A model generated the notes under the pieces. The model did no database searches, was not told where the DNA came from, and worked only from the letters and a program-made list of their open reading frames with translations. A program made the position numbers and the translations under genes. From Marsupella aquatica (taxonomy: Eukaryota; Plantae; Marchantiophyta), in NCBI GenBank assembly GCA_973895155.1, contig OZ316893.1:5408171-5472170 (forward strand): a stretch of 64,000 bases of DNA, written 5' to 3'. Of this stretch, positions 54,353-64,000 are shown in pieces. How positions within the stretch are numbered: position 1 is the first letter of the stretch; each line of letters opens with the position of its first letter.

Positions 54353-55744
54353 ATGGCGAATAGTCAAGGGAAAGCTTTGGCTATATTCCTCCTCATTGGA
54401 TTTGTTGCTGTTTCAGTAGACGCGAAATATAAGAAACCTTATCATCCCCCGAAACCTCCGTCCGCTGGTGGAATTACCCTCCCCGATGTCTGGTCCCGCT
54501 ACGGTCTGAAGGCGAACTACTACAATAAGACGTGCCCCGCTGCTGAAAGTCTCGTTACTGCAGCTGTTAAGGCAGCATTTGCAAATGATCCTTCCATCAT
54601 TGCTGGGTTGATCCGATTGTTCTTCCACGATTGCTTTGTGAGGGTAGGCTCTCGGTTATTCTCCTCTGACATTTGTGGTTGCCTAGATTGACCCCGAATC
54701 TGAATCCCTCTTGATAAGGTAATAGTCAAAGCCTAGCAGCCTGTGTTGCATTTTGGCTGATTTTGATTTCCATCATTCTTAGAGATTTTGAACATTGTTC
54801 GATTCTCCAGGGATGTGACGCCTCGGTGCTTCTCGACGGGTTAGATACTGAAAAGCAAGGTGCCCCCAATTTGAACTCGCTCCGAGGATTTGAAGTGATT
54901 GATGCTGCCAAGGCTGCTGTGGAGAAAGTCTGTCCTGGAGTCGTATCATGTGCCGACATCGTCAGTTTTGCCGGTCGCGACAGCATTGTCTTGGGCGGAG
55001 GCTTCAATCCATATGGATGGCCAGGAGGAAGAAAGGATGGAAGCACATCGCTCTCTGCCGAAACTCTCACAAGCCTTCCCCCACCTTTTGACAACTATAC
55101 TCAACTTGTGACCGCCTTTGCAAATAAGGGCCTCAATCAATATGAGATGATTACCCTCTCAAGTATGTATTGTCAAGTAATCTTGCTTTCGCTGTTGTGA
55201 GATCCCCACTGATTTTCTCTTAACGTGTGGACTGAACTGTCTCAAGAGTCGCGGTAGCCGCTAGAATGGTTGTCTTGCCTGTATGAGGATTTGCATGTCG
55301 ATCAGGCTACATATCATATCTCTAACATTCTGTTCGTCCACTCCAGCTGCACACACTGTGGGGAGGGCTCATTGCGCTATTATTCTAGCTCGACTTTATA
55401 ACTTCAAGGGAACTGGATTGCCAGACCCAGCAATCGACAGCAACTACTTGAAGGTACTGCAGGGAAAATGTCCCCAAAGTGCCCCTGGTAACCTCGTCAA
55501 TATGGATATGACGACACCCACCCGGCTCGACACTAATTACATAAAGGATGTATTGGCACATAAGGGTCTCTTTGAGTCAGACAACGCCCTGCAGACGGTT
55601 GCGCAAGGACAGTTTACCCTGAGAATCTTGGAACGCCCGAATGTCTTCCCCTACGCATTCACCGGGGCCATGCTGAAAATGAGTACCATTCAAGTGCTGA
55701 CGGGACCTCAGGGTAAGATTAGAACAAATTGCCGAGTAGCATGA
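54353..55744 (+). CDS. PRX: Class III secretory (haem) peroxidase, 3 exons
   Basis: Exon 1 is 54353-54643 (signal peptide, YYNKTCPAAE, LIRLFFHDCFVR|GT). Exon 2 is 54811-55162 (GCDASVLLD, SLRGFEVIDAAK, CPGVVSCADI, GRKDG). Exon 3 is 55347-55744 (AHTVGRAHC, DPAID, KGLFESD, AMLKMSTIQVLTG.QGKIRTNCR). Confidence 0.96.
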
Positions 55745-58700
55745 ATTTAGTGTGGAGATTCCATTTCATTTATGGGCGATTAGGTCTGCTGAGTCGGCAG
55801 CACCTCAGATGTGTAACGCTGATCGCGCTGGCCCCTTGCTGCGATTTCTGATTTTCAAACTTGTAGCAGACTTGTTCTAAGGTCCTTCCAGAACAATATA
55901 CATTTTGCCACGTTAATTTCGCTTGAGTTTAGTGATAGGTTTGTGTGCATGTGCCATGAGAGTATGGGCCATAAATGCCTCCAAAGTATACTACACTTGT
56001 TACAGGTACAGAGGTCCGTGACCGTAGCCGAATGCAAAAAGAAATTCAAATATGTTGGAGTTTGTGCAGATGATGAAAACCTACAATGAATGAATGAATT
56101 GGGAACTATGTATGTGATGAATGGATTGGAGTTGACTTACTAGGTACGTCAACGAGAACTCTGGACTATGATGGACCCGGCAAAAGTAAGTGTCAGCAAT
56201 GGCAACGATACTTTTTGTTATCTTAGGATGATCTAGAGAAGTAAGAATGTCGAGGGCATGTGTTCACCTCATTGACAATTGAGCAGTTGTACGGAATCAC
56301 GGAAAGCACCGCACGTACATTTCCAGAAGATGATGCGATAACGGCTGGGCGGCACTGACTTTCACGCTCGGTGTCCCTGATGTTCAATAAAAAAAACATT
56401 GTTTGTCGACCAAATGAACAGGAGCTAGTGAAAGACTACATCAATCGAGATTTCTTGATGTCATTACAATAAAATCGAAGGATGAAGATGATGACCTCAA
56501 AAATCTCCTTGGTACCATACCCAAAATTGTTACGAGCAACGCTACTACGGTATATAACTCATGATAAATGAAAAACGTTAACGATTGTGACTATACTCTA
56601 TGAACATTGTGTGGCTGATTAATTCGCAGTAAATAACGAACGAGAGTTCTCACTCAATTCGGCTTTCATGATTTGACAACCTTGTCCGAGAGTCTTCATC
56701 CGTTAAGGTTAGGTTCTCATCTGTCAAGTTACGTCACTGACAACTGTAATATATAGTACTCTCGGATCTCGCAGATGGTACATCCAACAAAACAACTAAC
56801 TGGAGACAGAGCATGAAGTGACAAATAAACAGGCCAATAAACTGTACCAAAAGAAAAGTTACAGTCACTTGAAGCGACTAAATACGTCAAAAGTAGGGGA
56901 AGGCGTGAATAGAAAATTTTCAAACATGAAACCTGGATCCGGGACTTACTACTTGCTCCTCTTTGAGAAGTGCGAGACTGAAAACACCCACTATTTGGGA
57001 AGCTTTTAGATGGACCGAAGGAACTCACCGAAGATCATATATATCCACCTACAGTAGACGTCTGCGCTTGTGAGAAAGTCCGAGTTACTTAATATAAAAC
57101 CTTGGAATATCTACAGAGATATTCCCCCATCTTCCATCTAGCTAGATTTAGAGAGGTGTTCTCCATTCATAGGCGATTCTCCTCTTAAACCACAAGCAGG
57201 GCAACGATCGTTCCCGCGATCGTTATTGTCAATAAACCAAGTTAGTGCTTCACCCCTCACAGATTCACCAATGTCATAGTCAAAACACAGTTTAATGAAT
57301 GCCTGGAAGCAAAGATTTGATACCCTGGAGCACAAATTTTGTAAGCTGCATTCTTCGTTTCGTTGAGTTTGAAGCAACTCCATTTTGATTCTAGATAGGA
57401 GAGAGACTTAAGTTTGGCCAGACGTCTGCACACGTTGATCAACTACATCAATCCCCAAATTCATGTCTTGGTGCTTGTTAATTTGTAAATCTTTGAGGAA
57501 ACCTTTACTTGATTCGGTTGCAAAAATGTTTTCATGAAATGTTTTGATGCAAATTTTTCCTTCCTCGCTGCTTTTGTCATTCAGTGCCCCTTTTTGTGAA
57601 CTAAACCCGAAACTAAAATGAGTGATCTAATATGGAAATCAACAAAAAGAGTGCCAAGATACTAGAACCAGATGTCGAACCCCTGATACAACTTGATGGC
57701 AAAATCAAGACCCCTGAGAATTCAACCTTGGACGGATGCAGACAGCAATACAGGGATCTATGAGCACAAAAACATTTACTGAGCAAATCTACCACACCTT
57801 TCACCATAGTTTAACATTAACCCGGTTTAAGGTAACTTTAAACCTTGGTTAACGCCAGAGACTATTTGCATGAGTGTACGCTCCCCCCCCCAAAAAATAA
57901 AAATGGAATTTTGCAAACGCTTTCTGGAAGATACCTAGACACACATTCCCCAGAAGGTAACAATCATGTAATTTGGTTGATGATTTGTAATTGTAGTAGA
58001 GCTAAACTAACTATGTACATACTAACTATGTACATACTAACTATATCCATAGTTAGCTACGTAGTTAGTATTCCATAGTTTTAAACTATGTGCGGGACTT
58101 ATGTGCATAGGAACCCTGGTAAAACCTACACACAAGAACATCACAAATATTGAACAATACCATCAAAGGCCACTCCAAGTTTTTCAGAAATTGGGAGACT
58201 CATCACCAACACAAGTTGGGGTCCAAAGACTCCACCAAGCCCAGTTCTTGGCCAGTGTCACTCCATACAAATCTTTTACTGGTACTTAATGATGCATGGG
58301 TGATGAAATGTAATTAAACACAGGGGCATGTCACTCATAAGTTGGGACTGGGCCAGTCCAATCAAAGGGCACTGAACATGGTGACTGACTATTCAAATTG
58401 TTAGGGTTACACTCTTTGGACAGTCAAATCGTGACTTCATGTACTTTAATGAAACCAAGGATGCCATTTTTACTTAATTTGATGGGAAGATTCCATCTTA
58501 GTTTCCCGATTCATCCCTTCTAGGATCAGAGTGTAAACTTGGAATCAGAGTGTAAATTTCATTACATTTTGTCAGACTTTTCATAAGCCAAGGAAACAAG
58601 TAGAAAGAACATGTGTCACTGATCTGAAGTCATTCACATTCATTGATAGAATCTCACGTTCTTTCATTTCTGTAGGTTGATTGATTCGAGGAGATGACAT

Positions 58701-61700
58701 ACAATTAAAGTGAAGATCCATCATTGTCAATGGTATAAGGTGTGTTGTCATCAACTAACATTGGTTGATTCCAAAAATTCTTTATATATTGATGTATTCG
58801 TTTCTCCATCTATGTATGAGTGATCCTCTCTACCTCCCTTGTACGTTGGCTGGATGGCATATTGAAGCAGGGGGCTCTTTTAACCAGCAAAATAAAATCT
58901 CCAAGTTTCTTTGGTTATCTCAAAAGAGCCATGATATATTGTTGATTGTAGTACTAGACATTTCCTACTCGGAATGCATTAATGGCATGTTCTTCATTCA
59001 ATGACTATTTTCGCTCAAAATGCCAGTTTTATTATTTGCCCAGATTTCATCATTGCCACATTCTTACATTGAAGCAATTAGCATAGAAAAGAGACTGAAT
59101 TACTTATCTGCAATTTCATATCTGCTAGGGACGCTATTGGAATCAGACAACGATTTCTCAACATGACGTTAGATGTCAGTGTACAAGAACAAACAATGTC
59201 ACAATCATAACAAGATTGTTGATTAAGGTTATGCTCAATATTTGCAGCTCAAACATTTGAAAGACAAGTTCTATCCCGAAGAAGACCATTATCGAAGATT
59301 TAAAGGGAAGGCTTGAAATTGATCAGCATGACTTCATTTGATCCAAACCATTGGCAATGCTGTCCTGAGTACTCTCCTCCAGTCCACCCCCCTGGCAGAA
59401 ATCCAAAAAACAAATACGAAGGCAGAACCAACACATCAGTGAAAACTGTAAAAGTTGCCCAAGATTTTTACGGGGTACGTATGGAACTTTAATTGATGCT
59501 TTCATCTTCTGAAAGCTTCTGAAAATCACAAATGTGTAACTTTAGTCTGTTTCTGATTTTCATTAACCTTCAAACAAGGCCAAGGTCATCCACTTCTTAT
59601 TCTTGGGCCTTCTCAAACCCTCATTGACGAAGTACGTCGTCCAAACGAAATTCAGATGATGACCAGAAGCTAGTAAAATTGTCCTCTTCAGTTGATTGGA
59701 TAAGTAGAATAATTAGGATGTTGGGGTAACGTGCATTTTGATATGTTCTGTCGTTGGAACGTAGAACATATAGTCAAATAGCATTATTGGAAACCACAAC
59801 ATCATCATCTCTATCTTATCTGTTGCGATGGCTGTACTGCTTCTCGATCCAGATTTTGCATCCACATGTTGCCACAGGATACAAAATGATTGGTGCCTCT
59901 GGTTCCAAGCCTATCTTTGATGATTTGACGTAAGTGATCATCATTCCCAGTTTTAGACGGCCAACATACGCAAAGAGTAAAGAGTAAAGAGTGACTGGCA
60001 ATTGTCCATTAGGGCTTGGCTTGTTTGCATTGAATTGCATGCTTGTGATTTTCTTGTATCTTGTCCAACATGTATACAAAGGTGTGTGCTACCTTTCTAG
60101 CTACTTCATCTAAATGAGCAAGCTCACATTTGCTTCCTATGCTCAGGACCAATCAGTTTTTTCAAAATCAAACCCGAAAGGTTGGTGAAGAAACTGGTCA
60201 CTTGGATAAAAAGCTGTGTCGTTATAAACCAGATGCCACACGCAACAGGCCAAGGAGTGACTGGCAAACGGACGTTGGGCTTCAAAATTTTGATAGACGC
60301 AATGCCAGCTACCTTAGGTAATCTTCATTCTTTTAGCCTTCAATGAACAGGTCTAGTAAGTCTTAGACATTGTTGAGGAGCTTTTTCAGCACATTTATTG
60401 TAGTGTAGAAAATAGTCTCCACCAAATTCTGGTATTATTAGAGATGTTACAAAGGCACTTTACACATAGATCTGAATAAAATCATCCACTCAACCTACAA
60501 TCATGAGAATGTTTGGACCATCTGGATTGCAGAGAGACCTGTTTATGTTGCTCTCTGTGCAGGATCAGCATCCTCTGTTAGCATAATAATTAGATGGTTT
60601 ACTCACTTTTATTTGAGGGATATCTTCCTTGTCTTATACCATGATGACACAAATGCCATTCACTAAGGCATGTTAGACGTGATGAAATACCAAATATATT
60701 AATGTCATGAATTATAAGTACTCTTCAGAAGACAACCAAGAGTACAAACTAACTTGATCTGGGCCAAAGGTTGGAGGATGGAGCTCTTGGGAGCCAGTTC
60801 ACTCCTAAAACAACAAGTCAATCATTCTTCACTCCTCCACCTAAAGGAGATCCTCCAGGGTCATGGCACCAAGGCATATGCCGAGGTACTTCAACTTTAA
60901 CATGAATCATGAGAGAATTTAAGCACTTGTCATTTTGGGGTTGTTGTAACTTGGCCGGTAGACTAAAGACACACATAGATAAATAAGATGACGAATCCAT
61001 AAAGTGTGCAGAATACACTAGAGTGAAAACTAAGGAGTAACCAGTTCAGTCTTATTGTTGTTTCTTGCCCAACGTAAGGCGGTTTTTGGCTGAACATACT
61101 TCATACAGTCCTTATCACACATTTCACTTTACAATTGGCGAGTCTATATAGTTACTATAAAAATTCAAAATTTGGCCTTTTTATAAAGTCAGCAAGATTG
61201 AGAAAGAAGCCTCCGCAGCATATCTCATCGTTCAAAGTGGCTAGATGAACTTTTGCAACGCTGATAGAATATTAGAAAATGTCAGCTAATGTTCAAATGC
61301 TTTTAAATAGTTACTTTTTAGCAAAGATCAGAATGATGATGAACAAAGAAAAATTTCCATCCTACCGAAATGAATAATATGATGCTTGATAATTAAAGTA
61401 GAAAATTGCAATGAGTTTCTTTCCTGGCATGGAATTTGGACTAATTGGGCGTCTGACTCTGTACATAAATTTGCCTTAGATCGGGCCGTCTACTTGCATC
61501 GGAAGCAAATGGAGGGATGGTGAGCAATTAGTTTTTGACCTTCTTACGGTGGAAATCTTAGGCCTGAGCAGGCTGTGGAAAACAGGGCCCTCATTTGGAA
61601 ACTTTGACACCAGTGCATTTTGGAATCGTCTACACGATATTTATAATTCAAACTCAGAACTAACTCCACCATTTTCAAATTTGAAGTGAGATAAAATGCA

Positions 61701-62646
61701 TGCAATGGATGTTTTTGCAAATATGGGGAATCTGAGTTACCATTGATGAACATTGAAATTGTTTAGGCCTCGGTTTACGCTAATTATATGGGAAACCGGA
61801 GGTACCATTAATAGATACATGCATGGATAAACTATGATTTAGTTCAGTGCTTTTTGTCTGCTGATTTCTATTTGGCATAAACATATTAGCATGAACTTTC
61901 AGCTTTTAGGCAGCTTCACCTAGTGTACCATTGGTGACTTCCGAGTAGGACAAGGCAGAAATTTGCAGAATTAATGGTAAACTTTGACCTGTGGAAGTTG
62001 ATAATGTAACGAGAAGAGACTGTCTAGTGGAATCACTTTGCTCACTTCAATTTTGGTATGTTGGCATGGAGCATATAATTGACATGTGGCAGTGACTTGC
62101 TCTACAATTCTTTGACAATTCAGTTGAAACAAGTATACACTTCAAAATGCCAATTGATGCACCCTCAAATTATGAATCCAATCATGGTTGATTTAGCCAA
62201 AGCCTTCGATCTAGCTCATGCAGAGGGAAGATGTCTATTAAGGTGCATTTGGTTTTCAATGCGCGTGGATACTGACAGCTTTGTCCCTGATCTATCTCTT
62301 GCTGATGATATGTTCTCGAGATCAACTTTTCATTACTTCAACTTGATTCTCCATTTGAGTTGCCCGTTCAACCTCTCTATGCCTCGGTCACAGCTCAAAT
62401 ATTTTTCCAGAAAACTTCTGGACGGTGCTAATGAGCAGGGATTGAAAAGTACGAAATACGACTAATTACTAGATCAGAAGAAAAGTAAGGCAGAGAGATT
62501 CATCCAGAAATCAGAAAAGGTATCAAAGATAATTATTTTTCTTACGACGGATGGAGTTTCCGACATGTCCATCGTAGGTCGGAACCAATACTGCAATGTT
62601 CTTTCCATTAATTTCACCAACATTTCCATTACTTTTCACCAACATG

Positions 62647-62720
62647 GCCTGGTTAGGAATTGAACCTAGGATCTCCATCGTACATCATCGTAGTGTTCTA
62701 CCACTGACCTATATGACTGC
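62647..62720 (-). pseudogene. tRNA-derived relic (pseudo-tRNA or SINE head)
   Basis: Has A-box-like TAGGTCAGTGGTAGA and B-box GGTTCAATTCC at tRNA spacing, but the acceptor and anticodon stems do not pair. Confidence 0.5.
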
Positions 62721-64000
62721 ACCATTATCAATTTAACACTGATTCATATACAACACCCTGATAGCATGTTAGACTTTAGAATCGTACTGTAGAGCACAAC
62801 CTCTTAACATTTGGCATCTCCATTTGCAACGAATCGTTGAAGGAAGTTACTCCATTGAGACATGAATCTCTCAAGATTATGAGTGTTCTTTATTCACCCT
62901 ACCAAGATTGATTTCTTCTCAGAAATCGGTTACCTGGTTTGCCTCCGTTTGGTAGATTTATCTTGCAAACTGGAGACAGTCTAGCTGGGGTGGTTTCTTG
63001 GGAAGACAATGCTAATTTCCAGAAAGCTGCAAAGCCCCATCAGCAAGCAGAATGAGTCTGAATTTATTATAATTACTGCTCTGCACAAGGGCGAGATATG
63101 TCAAGGTGGTGTGATGGCTGAGGAAAGGCATGCGATTAATCAATTAAGCAGGAAGGATGGAAGCATCTGACTCAGTTGGATTCGAAAACTCAATCAAAAA
63201 ATCCTCTTGAATGGAACTATCGCTGCATGCTATCCACTCCAAGCCGGAGATGATCTGTTGTGTGACGTCTGAGGGAAGACATGCATGCGATTCATAAGAC
63301 CTCAAATATGACCGCCCAGGAACTAGGTACACTTCATACTATTTATGCCCAATATATTATCAACCTTCCAAAATAATGCGAAAAAGGATAGATTCGGGTG
63401 TCTTCTTCTTGAATAACGCTTTTGACCAGTAACCTGTCGATTGTCAATACTGAAACTTCAACAAGAATCCATTAAATGTCAGTTCATTCATTTTCAAGTC
63501 GAAGTGGCTCAACAACGTAAGACATGTTAACCAGAGACACATCGAACAGTTCAGTTCTTGTTTTCCTGAAGATGTGGGCTGAAAACCTGTCGGACCAGCA
63601 AGTAAGATCAAAGTGAAGCTCTGAGAAGCTGGATCTTTCGATTAGGCCGCTGAGTCTGGTGGAAATGATCTCTCAGAGGCCTTTGTAGTTTTCTTATTAA
63701 CATCAATATTGTCGTTAAGGTGAGCCGTGCAAGGTCTCACATATCAAACACATTTCCAACATAATTGTTTCTTCTGCTCCCGGTACATTGGGGCCTAAAC
63801 GAAGGCGGGCTGAGCTTTTAGAATTAGCTATCTGGTTTTAGTTCTAAGAATGGATCGATTGATTCAGCCCGGCAAAGCTGTACAGTAGTTTCGACAAACT
63901 CATTAATTGTTACACTAACATATGTCAGCCCGGCAAAGCTGAGTGGTTACAATGTCGACAAACTCGACAATTGTCCCATTATGTGTACGTTATGAGTAGT

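Overview
This is eukaryotic plant nuclear DNA with GT-AG introns and low gene density. The gene families suggest a bryophyte, most likely a liverwort (inference only). Apparently intact genes: a 3-exon NAC transcription factor (-), an intronless F-box/Kelch protein (-), an intronless bacterial-type SxxK/SDN/KxG serine hydrolase of the beta-lactamase/PBP fold (-), a short secreted LRR protein (-) and a 3-exon class III peroxidase (+). Pseudogenes: a SERAC1/HNL-type alpha/beta-hydrolase (stop codon plus loss of the GHSxG motif) and an AIFM2/FSP1-like oxidoreductase. Intergenic DNA holds six copies of a ~280-300 bp MITE (14-bp TIRs; exact 8-bp TSDs at three copies), a probable Helitron 3' end with a minisatellite, a Copia-like LTR remnant, a second dispersed repeat, tRNA-like relics and many short tandem duplications. 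The most striking item is the bacterial-like penicillin-binding/beta-lactamase-fold gene, a horizontal-transfer candidate. No CRISPR array or prokaryotic operon is present. Family assignments come from recalled motifs, not database searches.
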